DNA of 61,073 bases, filler included. It is 9 parts of 9 records of this genome, joined end to end, with 100 filler letters (N's around TTAATTAATTAA, not from the genome) between each part and the next. Parts side by side here need not be neighbours in the genome. Positions count along the whole stretch, not along the records: positions 48,062 to 54,578 come from SRR31156797_61922; positions 54,679 to 61,073 come from SRR31156797_61958; 7 more parts are not named here. One strand, 5' to 3'. Below, one piece after another: positions 48,545 to 59,150 of the stretch. Below the pieces are notes generated by a model. That model had not been told where the DNA came from, made no database searches, and saw nothing but the letters and a program-made list of their open reading frames with translations. A program made the translations under genes and the position numbers. Position 1 is the stretch's first letter. Each line of letters starts with the position of its first letter.

Positions 48545-49558
48545 TCAGGCGTTAAGCTGCTCGTTCAATTCCTTAGCCTCGGCGTGATCGCCTAAAAGAT
48601 AACAGGCGGCCCGGCGTTCAGGACTTAATTGATACATGGGCGGCGGCATTTGGTCGCACGGTCCAAATCGATTATCGCAACGCGGCGCGAATCCGCAGGC
48701 CTTATGGGCGGTCAGCAGCGTGGGCACCGCGCCCTTGATCGAAAAAAGCGGCTGGTCCGGGCGGGCCTTGTCCGGGAGCGTTTGCAGCAACCCTATCGTA
48801 TAAGGATGCTTGGGATCTTTCAAAACGTCCCGCACGGGTCCGATTTCCACAATTTGCCCGGCATACATAACGGCTACCCGGTCGCAGCTTTCGGCCATGA
48901 CGCCCAGGTCATGAGTAATCATCAATACCGACGTTTGAATGTCCCGTATCAGTTTGTTCATAAGTTCAATAATCTGGGCTTGAATCGTCACATCCAGGGC
49001 CGAGGTCGGTTCATCGGCGATAAGCAGTTTGGGTTTGGTGACCAGCATCATGGCGATCATTATCCGTTGGGCCATACCGCCGCTCAGTTCGTGAGGATAT
49101 CGCCGGGCGACGCGTTTCGGGTCCGGAATGCCAAGAAGTGCCAGCATATCCACAGCCTGCCTGTCGGCTATCTTGCGATTGATTGATTGATCGTGAATGA
49201 GGAGCGTTTCGGCAACCTGGCGGCCCACCCGGATAACCGGGTTCAGGGACATTTTCGGCTCCTGCATGATCATGGAGATTTCGCCGCCCCGGAGAGACCT
49301 CATTTCGGTTTCGGTTAAATCCAGAAGGCTTCGACCTTCAAAATGGACTTCTCCTCCGGCGATTTGGCCGGGTGAAACGATCAGCCTGAGCACTGCCCGA
49401 GCGGTTACGGACTTGCCGCACCCGGTTTCGCCCACCAGCCCCAATGTTTCCTGTCGATTGATATGAAAGCTGACGCCTTGAAGGGCATGGACCACGCCGC
49501 GCAGGGTATGAAAATTGACTTTCAGGTCTTTTACCGTAAGAAGCGGCTGCTCGTTCAT
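48545..49558 (-). CDS. Peptide ABC transporter ATPase, DppD/OppD-like
   Basis: GETGCGKS, LSGGMAQR, ADEPT and HPYT motifs; C-terminal Cys cluster. Confidence 0.92.
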   Translation of the reverse strand: MNEQPLLTVKDLKVNFHTLRGVVHALQGVSFHINRQETLGLVGETGCGKSVTARAVLRLIVSPGQIAGGEVHFEGRSLLDLTETEMRSLRGGEISMIMQEPKMSLNPVIRVGRQVAETLLIHDQSINRKIADRQAVDMLALLGIPDPKRVARRYPHELSGGMAQRIMIAMMLVTKPKLLIADEPTSALDVTIQAQIIELMNKLIRDIQTSVLMITHDLGVMAESCDRVAVMYAGQIVEIGPVRDVLKDPKHPYTIGLLQTLPDKARPDQPLFSIKGAVPTLLTAHKACGFAPRCDNRFGPCDQMPPPMYQLSPERRAACYLLGDHAEAKELNEQLNA

Positions 49559-49559
49559 A

Positions 49560-50471
49560 TCAATTCTGCCTTTGGTGAGGATCCAGAATGTCTCTGATCC
49601 CGTCGCCCAATAGATTGAACCCGACCACGACGACGAGTATGGCGATGCCGGGCAGCGTGGAGACCCACCATTGATCAACCAGAAAGTCTCTTCCGTCGCT
49701 GACCATCAGCCCCCATTCAGGCGTGGGCGGCTGGGCGCCCAAACCCAGGAATCCAAGGCCGGCGGCGGTCAGGATGATGGCTCCCATGTCGAGGCTCATG
49801 CGCACTATAATCGACGACAGGCACATGGGCGTGATATGACCGATCATAATTCGAAGGTTGCCTGCGCCAAGAACGCGCATGGCCTGGATGTATTCGTTGT
49901 TTTTAACGCTTAGCGTCTCTGCACGTGCAAGACGGGCGTAACTGGGCCAGTTGGCCACGGAAATGGCGATGATGGCGTTTTCCACGCCTGGTCCGAGTGC
50001 GGCGGCAAAGGCGATGGCCAGAATCAATTTGGGAAAGGCCAGAAAAATGTCGGATGTTCGCATCAGGAATTCATCCACGGCGCCTCCGAAGTACCCGGAG
50101 ATAACGCCAATGGCCATGCCCAAAGGAGTGCTGATGGCGGCCACGAGAAAGGCTATCAGGAGCGTTACCCGGGAACCGTACACCACGCGGGAATATATAT
50201 CCCGCCCCAGGGAATCCGTTCCGAAAAAATATTGGGATGACGGCGGTTGAAGGCGGTCCTTGGACTTCTGGTCAAATGGTCCATGTGTGGCCAGCAACGG
50301 CGCTGCAGCGGCCACAAGGAGCAGAGATACGATGATAATTGTACCTATGACCATCAATCGATTCCGCCGCCAAAGGGTAAAAGTGTCCCGCCAGTACTGT
50401 TTTCGGGCGTTGGATCGGTGACGGCGGGCATCTGATTTGTCTATTTTGGTGTGTGTCGATGTATTGTTCAT
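49560..50471 (-). CDS. Peptide ABC transporter permease, DppC-like
   Basis: FGTDSLGRDIYSR and FLGLGAQPPTPEWG motifs. Confidence 0.92.
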   Translation of the reverse strand: MNNTSTHTKIDKSDARRHRSNARKQYWRDTFTLWRRNRLMVIGTIIIVSLLLVAAAAPLLATHGPFDQKSKDRLQPPSSQYFFGTDSLGRDIYSRVVYGSRVTLLIAFLVAAISTPLGMAIGVISGYFGGAVDEFLMRTSDIFLAFPKLILAIAFAAALGPGVENAIIAISVANWPSYARLARAETLSVKNNEYIQAMRVLGAGNLRIMIGHITPMCLSSIIVRMSLDMGAIILTAAGLGFLGLGAQPPTPEWGLMVSDGRDFLVDQWWVSTLPGIAILVVVVGFNLLGDGIRDILDPHQRQN

Positions 50472-51481
50472 TAGTCGCTATAGGTGATTTTGGGGTTCAG
50501 AAACGCGTAGATTAAATCCACGATTAGATTGACCAGGCAGAAGGTGAACGCCACCAGCATGGTGCCGCCGACAACGGCGTTCAGGTCAAGGGTTAAAAAC
50601 GCTTTGGCCAGATAGCGTCCCAGCCCGGGCCAGGAAAAAATGGTTTCGGTCAGCACGGAACCTTCCAGCAGGCCGCCATAGGTCAGTCCGATTACCGTAA
50701 CCGCAGGCACCAGTGCGTTTCTTAGAGCATGCCGGGTAAGGACCTTGTATTCGGCCAGCCCTTTTATCCGAGCCGTTTTGATATACTCCTGGGATAAAAC
50801 GTCCAGCATGCTGGATCTGACGATCCTGGCTATTCCGGCCATTCCCCACATGCCGAGCACCGAGGCCGGCAGGATCATGTGCCAAAGCGCATCAAAAAAA
50901 ACTTCCCAGTCCCAGGCGAGAATCGCATCCACCAAAAGAAATCCGGTGACTTCGTTCGGTTCGATAAGCATGATGTCGAGCCGTCCCGGTTCCGGGAACC
51001 AGTTCAATTTAAAATAGAAGATTAGAAGCAGCACCAGGCCCGTCCAGAATACCGGCATGGATACTCCGATCAAACTGAAAACCCGCGAGAAGTGATCGAT
51101 AATCGAATTGCGGTATACCGCCGAGAGAACGCCTAAAGGGATTCCTACGAGGATACTGATGAACAGGGCCATGGTGGCCAGTTCAATGGTTGCCGGAAAA
51201 TAAGACAGGATGTCCTCCATGACCGGCCGGCCGGTTTGAAACGATTCACCCAGGTCGCCATGGGCCAGACGCGAGATGTATCGTCCGAACTGGATGTAAA
51301 CCGGTTGATCGAAACCATAGAGCTTGCGCAACCGTTCAACGGTTTCTTCGGGAGCCTGGGGGCCGGCGATAGCGGCCAGAGGGTCAAGGGGTACGACCAG
51401 GGAAATAAAAAAGGTCATGACCATGATCCCGAGCAGGGTAATGGTCAAGGTGACCAAACGGCGTGTGAGATATTGCAACAT
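50471..51481 (-). CDS. Peptide ABC transporter permease, DppB-like
   Basis: GDLGES, YIKTARIKGL and ETIFSWPGLG motifs. Confidence 0.92.
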   Translation of the reverse strand: MLQYLTRRLVTLTITLLGIMVMTFFISLVVPLDPLAAIAGPQAPEETVERLRKLYGFDQPVYIQFGRYISRLAHGDLGESFQTGRPVMEDILSYFPATIELATMALFISILVGIPLGVLSAVYRNSIIDHFSRVFSLIGVSMPVFWTGLVLLLIFYFKLNWFPEPGRLDIMLIEPNEVTGFLLVDAILAWDWEVFFDALWHMILPASVLGMWGMAGIARIVRSSMLDVLSQEYIKTARIKGLAEYKVLTRHALRNALVPAVTVIGLTYGGLLEGSVLTETIFSWPGLGRYLAKAFLTLDLNAVVGGTMLVAFTFCLVNLIVDLIYAFLNPKITYSD

Positions 51482-51603
51482 AGATGTTTTTTCCAAGGCG
51501 CGGTCAATTAACCGGCCATTATTTAACCGCTTTTACAACCCCGGATCGACATTGCCCCACGGAGCATAATTCGCCCATTTATAGGGCAGGCGCTCCAGGA
51601 ATG

Positions 51604-51633
51604 AAAAGAGCCGCCCGACTACGCCGGGCGGCT
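51604..51633 (-). terminator. Stem-loop/terminator after the solute-binding protein gene
   Basis: AGCCGCCCG/CGGGCGGCT stem followed by CTTTT on the minus strand. Confidence 0.65.
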
Positions 51634-51648
51634 GAAGCTATTCCTGAT

Positions 51649-53226
51649 TTATTTTTTGACGATGGGATACAGCTTCCAGAGGTCAAAAGACGGGGCGGCA
51701 TAGAAACCATCTATATTATTCCGCACCGCATGTTCGTACATCGGCTGAAGGATGAAGGCGTAAGGGCCGTCTTCCTGAATGATGTCGTTGGCCTTCTGGT
51801 AAAGGGCTATCCGCTTGGCATTGTCCATTTCCTGGCTGGCTTGCTGGATAAGGTCGGAGGTTTCGTCATTGTAGTATACGTTCCTCCAGCAGAGCTGCTT
51901 GGCTTTGTAGTCCGCGAACGGTTGGGCGTTGGTGTGGGGATCGATGTAGTCAGGTCCCCAGCGGGCCAGCAGCAGCTGATGCTTCTGGGCGCGGTATTTG
52001 GGCCAAAGTTGTGAGGTGACGAGTTTGTTCAGTTTCACCTTGATGCCGATGGCGGCCAGTGAATTCTGAATGAACTGGGCGCATTCGGGGAAAGGCGTCT
52101 GATCGCCGTGATCCATTTCCACCTCGAAACCGTTCTCATACCCGGCTTCCTTCATCAACTGTTTGCCCTTGGCCACGTCCCTGGAATAGATGATCTTGTC
52201 GGTGTAACCGGCGAAGCCGGCGGGAATGAAGGTGTTGATCGGAGTGGCCGCGCCGCTCATGATGTCATTGATCAGGCCGTCGTAATCAATGGCGTATCGA
52301 ATCGCCTTGCGCACTTTGGCCTTGCTGAGCGGACCTTCTTTTACGTTCATGGCCAGGTAGTATATCGGCATGGCCGGAACGCTCTGAACTGTCAGTTCTT
52401 TATGGCCCTTGAGAGCCTTGACCTGGTCGGCCTGAAGTTCCCAGGCGATGTCCACGTCGCCCTTTTCCACCTGCAGGCGTCGGCTTGCGGCTTCATTGAT
52501 TTCCTTGATGATGACGCGTTTGACATGAGGCGGGTTTTTGAAATGGCCGGGAAAGGCGTCCAGCACCACCTTGTCGTTCTTTTCCCATGAAACAAGTTTA
52601 AAGGGGCCTGAACCGGCGGAATTCCTGGACAGCCAGGTCATACCGAAGTCTCCGTCCGGATACTTGTCGGTTTTCTGGACGTGTTTTTTGACCACTTCCG
52701 AATCCACAATGCCTGCCACTCCAGCCGATAGGCACGCGAAAAAGATGCCCGAAGCATACTTTTTGTCCAGGGTGACGGCGACGCTATACTTGTCCACGGC
52801 TTTCAGGGATTCCGGAGTAATACCGAACTGGGTCAGGATAAAGGATGGTTGGTCTTTCAGGCTGACAACTCGGGTGAAGGAATAGACCACGTCATTGGCG
52901 GTCATTTCATTACCGCTGTGGAACTTGATGCCTTCTTTCAGTTTAAAAGTAAAGGTTTTGCCGTCGTCGGATACTTTGTACGACTCGGCCAGAGAAAGTT
53001 CCGGGGTATCGAATTTACCGGCCGGAAAATCGAGGAGTCGGTCGTATAACTGGACTTCGATCCCGACGCCGGAAAACTCGAATGCTTTTGCCGGGTCCAG
53101 CGAAATAATGTCGCTGGTGGCCATGCCGATAACGAGTACGTCACTTTTACCCGCATAAGCAGGAGCGGCAAAGGATAATGCCCCAATAAGCGTGAATACC
53201 AAAAACGTGATCAGTGATTTCTTCAT
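51649..53226 (-). CDS. Family 5 peptide-binding protein, DppA-like
   Basis: Signal peptide; SLDPA, KFHSG, GSGPFKL and VRKAIRYAID motifs; SD GGAGG. Confidence 0.92.
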   Translation of the reverse strand: MKKSLITFLVFTLIGALSFAAPAYAGKSDVLVIGMATSDIISLDPAKAFEFSGVGIEVQLYDRLLDFPAGKFDTPELSLAESYKVSDDGKTFTFKLKEGIKFHSGNEMTANDVVYSFTRVVSLKDQPSFILTQFGITPESLKAVDKYSVAVTLDKKYASGIFFACLSAGVAGIVDSEVVKKHVQKTDKYPDGDFGMTWLSRNSAGSGPFKLVSWEKNDKVVLDAFPGHFKNPPHVKRVIIKEINEAASRRLQVEKGDVDIAWELQADQVKALKGHKELTVQSVPAMPIYYLAMNVKEGPLSKAKVRKAIRYAIDYDGLINDIMSGAATPINTFIPAGFAGYTDKIIYSRDVAKGKQLMKEAGYENGFEVEMDHGDQTPFPECAQFIQNSLAAIGIKVKLNKLVTSQLWPKYRAQKHQLLLARWGPDYIDPHTNAQPFADYKAKQLCWRNVYYNDETSDLIQQASQEMDNAKRIALYQKANDIIQEDGPYAFILQPMYEHAVRNNIDGFYAAPSFDLWKLYPIVKK

Positions 53227-53874
53227 AATCCTCCCTCTCTCTCCAAAATTATGCGGCAGGCGCCGCGATTTCCCTGTTTCAGCCCTTCTGAATCAGTCTT
53301 TTGCCGCGTGTGGGCAGCTAACCCGGCCAAGCGGCTTGTAACTCATAATAATAGGCGATTATTCGCCAATTTATTTGAAAATCTTACATTTTTACTGATT
53401 TCGAGCCATAGTAATCCATCGTTTGTCGCCTCGTCAAGCAAAAACAAGGATAAATGGGGTCATTATCCATAACGTTCATGCCGGATTGTGCACCCGGAAA
53501 AAACAGCAGTTGGAAGTCACCGGTTTGTTCGAGGTTTAACAGCTTTTTTCTAGTCCTTCCCTGGCTGGTTAATTGGAAGCGACTTCAGAGCCAATAGTGT
53601 ATGCTTTAATCTTATGCATTGCAAAGCAAGGAAAGCGTTTTCGCCGGCTCCCTCAACATTCATCTATTTTGTGAAGTCAAACGAAAATTTGATAATTATA
53701 AAAGGATCGCCCTTGTTATACATTTGGAACAAGATGTAAAACTCTGGTATAAATAAAAATATAATAAAAATTTAATGTGATGAAGCGACTCCAGTTTGGA
53801 TTGAGACTAATCTGAGAACCGGCGCTTATTGATGATATGTCTTTTAAATGACTTATAAAACAGGAGTAATGCTG

Positions 53875-54450
53875 ATGAGAAAATTATTAGCGGCCATAAT
53901 CCTGGTGATCGGCTTAGCCCAGGTTTCAGTCGTATTCGGACAGGGAGTAGTGGTTAACGGTCGGCCGGTCAGCCTGCAAGAAATTAAAAAGCTGCAGCAA
54001 AGCCTGGGTATTAAAGGAAATGTCACAATTCCTTCCGGACGATACTGGTACGATCCTGTTTCAGGTATCTGGGGTATTGAAGGCGGCCCCACCGAGGGGC
54101 AGATTTATCCGGGGCTTAAATTGGGCGGTCCGCTCCGGAGCAACGCCTCCAATGGAAACACCGGTGTATTTATTAACGGTCGCCAGATTCATTACCTGGA
54201 ATATGCCTGGCTCAAAAAAATCTTTGGCGTTGTTTACCAGGGGCGTTACTGGATGAATGCAAGGGGCGTCGGCGGTTATGAGGGCGGCCCGGCATTGTTC
54301 GATCTATCGTCGGCCATGGCCTCAAGTCGATCCCAAGACGGGATGTATGGGGGATACACCAGGAGGACGCCGTTTGGCGGTATTGGCGGAGATTCCAACT
54401 GCTTTTACTACATGCATCCCGGCGGTTCCAGCGTTATGACCTGTGATTAA
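53875..54450 (+). CDS. Secreted hypothetical protein with a two-fold internal repeat resembling the plant XLG/EDR4 domain
   Basis: SD AGGAG; signal peptide; GVVVNGR..GRYWYD..GIEGGP and GVFINGR..GRYWMN..GYEGGP. Confidence 0.8.
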   Translation: MRKLLAAIILVIGLAQVSVVFGQGVVVNGRPVSLQEIKKLQQSLGIKGNVTIPSGRYWYDPVSGIWGIEGGPTEGQIYPGLKLGGPLRSNASNGNTGVFINGRQIHYLEYAWLKKIFGVVYQGRYWMNARGVGGYEGGPALFDLSSAMASSRSQDGMYGGYTRRTPFGGIGGDSNCFYYMHPGGSSVMTCD

Positions 54451-54578
54451 ACGGCTGCCGAATACCGGGACACTAGCAAATCCTTTTCTATGATAAGACT
54501 TGCAAACCCTCTCGCTACGGGCGACCGCCGCCTACCGGGATGGCGCATAATTATAGCGTTTCTCATATTTAAATTCCG

Positions 54579-54678
54579 NNNNNNNNNNNNNNNNNNNNNN
54601 NNNNNNNNNNNNNNNNNNNNNNTTAATTAATTAANNNNNNNNNNNNNNNNNNNNNNNNNNNNNNNNNNNNNNNNNNNN
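54579..54678. other. Artificial contig-joining spacer
   Basis: N-run + TTAATTAATTAA + N-run. Confidence 0.97.
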
Positions 54679-55765
54679 CGAAAATCATTAGGAGAAATAC
54701 CAAAATCAAGCCGAAACGGAAACCGTATTCTTGGATTCTCGGCGTTAAAGGTCGGCCACGGATCGCTTCGGCCAAAAAGAACACGAGATGGCCACCATCC
54801 AGCATCGGTATCGGAAAAAGGTTAATCAAACCCAAATTGATCGACAGAATCGCCATGAAATTGATCAGATTGACCAATCCGCCCTGCGCCACTTCCGCCG
54901 ACATCTGGGCGATCCGAATGGGGCCGCCGACTTCGTCGGCCGGCCGCGATCCAACGACGATCTCGCCGAGATAGACCAAAATCCGCTTTGTCATGGAATA
55001 GGTTGCTTCGACCGACTTCCACACGGCCGTCGCCGGATTATAACGGATATAGTCAACCTGCGTGGAATCGGCGGTAACCCCCAATAGGCCCTTTTCCTGT
55101 ACCGAGCCGTCGGCCAGTGTCTGCCGCAGAACGCCCGGATTTACCGGAAGCACCAGTTCCGCCTCGCCGCGCAAAACGACGAGATCGATCCGGTTGCCGG
55201 GATTGACCGCGATGATGCGTCGCAAATCGTCGAACCAGAGGATTTCCTCTCCGTCGCCCTGAACGATGCGATCGCCGGTCTGCAGGCCGGCCTGTTCGGC
55301 GGCGCTGCCCGCCTCGATACCGCCAACATAGGGCAACAGCCGGGGACTGCCGGCAACACCGAGAAGCGCCGAGAACAACAGGATGGCAAGGAGGAAATTT
55401 GATATCGGGCCGGCAGCGACGATAGCCGTTCGCTGGAGCAGCGGCTTGTGAACGAACGAAATCTTTTTTTCTTCGTCGGTCAGGTCCCGCTCTTCCCCGT
55501 CTTCGGTTTCAAGCGAATCGCCCTCGCCGAACATCTTGACGTATCCGCCCAGGGGAATGGCGCCGATTTTCCACCTGGTGCCGTGCCGGTCGTTGCGGCC
55601 GAACAGCTCTTTCCCAAAACCGATCGAGAAGACTTCGACACGTACGCCGCACCGCCGGGCCACCCAGAAATGGCCAAGCTCGTGTACAAAAACGAGAACC
55701 GTCAAAACAAACAGAAACGGGACGACGTTGTCCCAAACGAGCCCGAAAAAATCCATCAAATCCAT
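54679..55765 (-). CDS. rseP: RIP metalloprotease RseP (3'-truncated)
   Basis: HELGH, PDZ domain, NLFPIPMLDGG. Confidence 0.95.
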
Positions 55766-55798
55766 TCCGCCATTAAAAAAAGCCGGCCCGCGACACTA

Positions 55799-56995
55799 TC
55801 ACCGCCGAACCGAAAGGCGCCCGATTATTCTCCGTGAAACCTCGCGGGCGTGCCGGTCGGCCTCGTCGACATCGTCGAGCGTGTTCAGCGGCCCGTTGGG
55901 CGTCGTGTCGAGCGTTTCCTCGACAATCCGTGCAATATCGAGGAAACCGATGCCTTCCTGAAGAAAGCTTCCGACCGCTTCCTCGTTGGCCGCATTCAAT
56001 ATGGTGGTTGCGGCACCGCCCGTTTGCAATGCCTGACGGGCAAGACGAAGACTCGGAAACCGTTCCGGGTCCGGCGGCTGGAAGGACAAGGTACCGATTT
56101 CGGACAACGACAGCCGTGGCGAAGGCGTTTTCATCCGCGTCGGCCATCCCAGCGCAAACGATATCGGAATCCGCATATCGGGCGATCCCAGCTGCGCCAG
56201 GACCGATCCGTCGACATATTCGACCATGCTGTGGATCACCGATTGCGGATGAACCAGGATTTCGATTCGTTCCTCGGTAACCGGAAACAGGTGGAAGGCT
56301 TCGATGAGTTCGAGGCCTTTGTTCATCATGGTCGCCGAATCGACGGAAATCTTGGCACCCATGTCCCAATTCGGGTGGGCCACCGCCTGTTCGCGGGTTA
56401 CGGTTTCCATCGCCCCGGCATCCATGCCAAGGAACGGACCGCCCGAGGCGGTCAGGATGATCCGCTCGATTCGGTCGCTCTGTTCGAAATCGAGGACCTG
56501 AAATATGGCGTTATGTTCGGAATCGACCGGAAGCAGGACGGCGCCGCTTTGCTCGATCTCCGCCATCATGACGTCGCCGGCCGAAACCAGGCATTCCTTG
56601 TTGGCAAGGGCAACGATGGCGCCGCGGCGGACGGCACTGAGTGTCGGACGAAGACCGGCGGCACCGACGATCGCCGACATCACCCAGTCGGCCGGCCGAT
56701 CGGCCGCTTCGACGACCGCGTCGTCACCGGCCGCCACCTCGATGCCGGTTCCCGACAGGGCCTCTTTCAACTGCGCATATTTGCTTTCGTCGGCGATTAC
56801 CGCCAATCGCGGTTTCAGCAGGCGCGCCTGTTCGACCAGTTTCGCGATATTGGCATTGCCGGTAATGGCTTCGACGCGGAATCGTCCGGGCTCCCGCCCA
56901 AGAAGGTCGACCGTGTTGCAGCCGATCGAACCCGTCGCCCCAAGAATGGTGACGCTGCGGGGTTGAGACGATTCGCTTGAATTGATTACAGCCAT
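55799..56995 (-). CDS. dxr: 1-deoxy-D-xylulose 5-phosphate reductoisomerase
   Basis: LGATGSIG, LANKE, LPVDSEH and HPNWDMGAKISVDSATMMNKG motifs. Confidence 0.96.
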   Translation of the reverse strand: MAVINSSESSQPRSVTILGATGSIGCNTVDLLGREPGRFRVEAITGNANIAKLVEQARLLKPRLAVIADESKYAQLKEALSGTGIEVAAGDDAVVEAADRPADWVMSAIVGAAGLRPTLSAVRRGAIVALANKECLVSAGDVMMAEIEQSGAVLLPVDSEHNAIFQVLDFEQSDRIERIILTASGGPFLGMDAGAMETVTREQAVAHPNWDMGAKISVDSATMMNKGLELIEAFHLFPVTEERIEILVHPQSVIHSMVEYVDGSVLAQLGSPDMRIPISFALGWPTRMKTPSPRLSLSEIGTLSFQPPDPERFPSLRLARQALQTGGAATTILNAANEEAVGSFLQEGIGFLDIARIVEETLDTTPNGPLNTLDDVDEADRHAREVSRRIIGRLSVRR

Positions 56996-57828
56996 ACCAG
57001 TCCGTTTTCTCCGCCGGCGTAGGCGATGGCGGCAACCACGATCACCACGGCAAGCAATCCGTCGACGCGATCGAACAGGCCGCCGTGCCCGGGCATGATG
57101 GAGCCTGCGTCTTTTACGCCGATCCGCCGCTTGACCCAAGATTCGAATAGATCCCCGCCTTGCGCGGTAATTGCCAGACCGCCGCTCAACGCCGCCAGCG
57201 GCCACAGCGCCTCGTGTTCCGAGACGTGTGCGAACGCCGCCCCCACCGCTCCGGCACTCAGGATACCGCCGAAAAGACCGGCCCAGGTTTTTTTCGGGCT
57301 TATCGCCGGCGCCAGTTTCGGCCCGCCAATCAGCTTGCCGAAAACAAACGCGCCGGTGTCGGTCGCCCATACCAGGACGAAAAGCCAAAACACCGTGTCA
57401 CGCCCGCAAACGTCGCGAAGCCAGATCAGGAGAACCGCCGGCACCCCGAAATAGATGATTCCGGACCCGACCCAGTTTCGGCCGAGCACGACTTCGATCC
57501 CGCTTTTCCCGTTGCCCTCGCCCGGTTGTTGCGCCAGTGAAGCGGCCACGGTCGCTGCCACGGCGCCGGTGGCGATCAGCCCGAGCGATAGTCCCAAGCG
57601 CCCCTGAATTGCCGCCACGGTTGCGGCGATCAAGGCGACATAGGTCAACAGGATCGGCAACGCAGCGGGCGAAAGGCCACACATGCGGCCCCATTCCCAC
57701 CCGAGAATCAGGCAGCCCGCCAGAATGAAAACACCAAAAACGGGCGACCCGTAATGAATCGCGGCCAATGTGGGAAACAGCGCGATAACCGCCGACAATA
57801 TACGCGTCCGAGTGGATCCTAATTCCAT
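56986..57828 (-). CDS. cdsA: Phosphatidate cytidylyltransferase
   Basis: SPKKTW, GDLFESWVKR and PGHGGLFDRVD motifs. Confidence 0.94.
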   Translation of the reverse strand: MELGSTRTRILSAVIALFPTLAAIHYGSPVFGVFILAGCLILGWEWGRMCGLSPAALPILLTYVALIAATVAAIQGRLGLSLGLIATGAVAATVAASLAQQPGEGNGKSGIEVVLGRNWVGSGIIYFGVPAVLLIWLRDVCGRDTVFWLFVLVWATDTGAFVFGKLIGGPKLAPAISPKKTWAGLFGGILSAGAVGAAFAHVSEHEALWPLAALSGGLAITAQGGDLFESWVKRRIGVKDAGSIMPGHGGLFDRVDGLLAVVIVVAAIAYAGGENGLVWL

Positions 57829-57829
57829 C

Positions 57830-58564
57830 TCAGGTGCCGGCGTTGCCGTAACGCCTTTCGCGGCCCTGGAACTCGTGAATCGCCTGCTGGAGATCCATTC
57901 GCGAGAAATCGGGCCACAGGGTATCGACGAAGACGAACTCGGTATAGGCAAGCTGCCAGAGAAGGAAATTGCTTATGCGCTTCTCGCCGCTGGTCCGGAT
58001 CAGAAGATCGGGATCCGGCAGATCGCCCGTAAACAGGCACCTCGCGAACATCTGCTCGTCAACATCGTCAAGGCTAAGCCGGCCCTCCTTGACTTCCGAC
58101 GCCAAATGCCGGGCGGTCGACACGATCTCGTGCCGCCCCCCGTAATTGAGCGCAATCATAAGATTGAGCCGTTGGTTTTCCCGCGTCAGGTCCTCGGCCT
58201 GTTCGATCGACGAGACGATGTCGGGTGCCAAACGGGATCGTTCGCCGATAATCTGAAGGCGGATTCCGTTTTTGTGCAGATTGCCCACCTCGTTGCGTAA
58301 ATACAGGCGCAACAGCCCCATCAGGTCCCGAACCTCGGACTCCGGCCGGGTCCAGTTTTCCGAGGAAAACCCAAACAGGGTCAGGTAACCGACACCCATG
58401 TCGGCAGCGGCTTCGACGACCACCCGTGCCGCCTCGACGCCGCGGCGGTGGCCCGCCGTGCGGGGCAAACCACGCGCTTTCGCCCATCGCCCATTGCCAT
58501 CCATGATAATGGCAACATGCAAGGGTTGCGGCGAACCGCCACCGGAAAGGGAAACAGCCTCCAT
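57830..58564 (-). CDS. uppS: Undecaprenyl diphosphate synthase
   Basis: HVAIIMDGNGRWA, FSSENW and RTSGEKRISNFLLWQ motifs. Confidence 0.96.
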   Translation of the reverse strand: MEAVSLSGGGSPQPLHVAIIMDGNGRWAKARGLPRTAGHRRGVEAARVVVEAAADMGVGYLTLFGFSSENWTRPESEVRDLMGLLRLYLRNEVGNLHKNGIRLQIIGERSRLAPDIVSSIEQAEDLTRENQRLNLMIALNYGGRHEIVSTARHLASEVKEGRLSLDDVDEQMFARCLFTGDLPDPDLLIRTSGEKRISNFLLWQLAYTEFVFVDTLWPDFSRMDLQQAIHEFQGRERRYGNAGT

Positions 58565-58568
58565 CTAA

Positions 58569-59132
58569 TCAGACCTGCATAATTTCTTCTTCTTTGGCGG
58601 CCAGGGTCTCATCGATATTGCCGATATGTTCGTCCGTAAGATCCTGAACCTGTTTGCTGAAATCGTGCAGCTCGTCCTGGGATATTTCGCCGTCCTTTTC
58701 CAGTTTTTTCAGATCGTCCATGGCGTGACGCCGAACATTTCTGATGGCGACGCGGGCATCTTCGGCATATTTCCCGGCGACTTTCGTCAATTCGACGCGG
58801 CGTTCCTCGGTCAACGGCGGTATCGGCACCCTTATCAACTGTCCGTCGATGGCCGGATTGAGCCCGAGCCCCGATTCCAGGATGGACCTTTCAACCGCCT
58901 TGACCAATCCCTTGTCCCAAACCTGGACCGTCAGCATCCTCGGTTCGGGCACGCCGACGGTGCCGACCTGATTGACCGGCATCTGCGCCCCATAGGCGTC
59001 GACCGTCAAAGGTTCCAACAGGCTTGTCGACGCTCGCCCCGTACGCAGCCCCCCGAATTCCTTCAACAAGGCATCAACGGCGCCATGCATACGACGCGAA
59101 AAATCTGATTTCATCTCCCCAAAATTCGCCAC
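58569..59132 (-). CDS. frr: Ribosome recycling factor
   Basis: [15 protein letters not shown] and IRNVRR motifs. Confidence 0.96.
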   Translation of the reverse strand: MANFGEMKSDFSRRMHGAVDALLKEFGGLRTGRASTSLLEPLTVDAYGAQMPVNQVGTVGVPEPRMLTVQVWDKGLVKAVERSILESGLGLNPAIDGQLIRVPIPPLTEERRVELTKVAGKYAEDARVAIRNVRRHAMDDLKKLEKDGEISQDELHDFSKQVQDLTDEHIGNIDETLAAKEEEIMQV

Positions 59133-59150
59133 GGCTCCATCTACCTCCCT

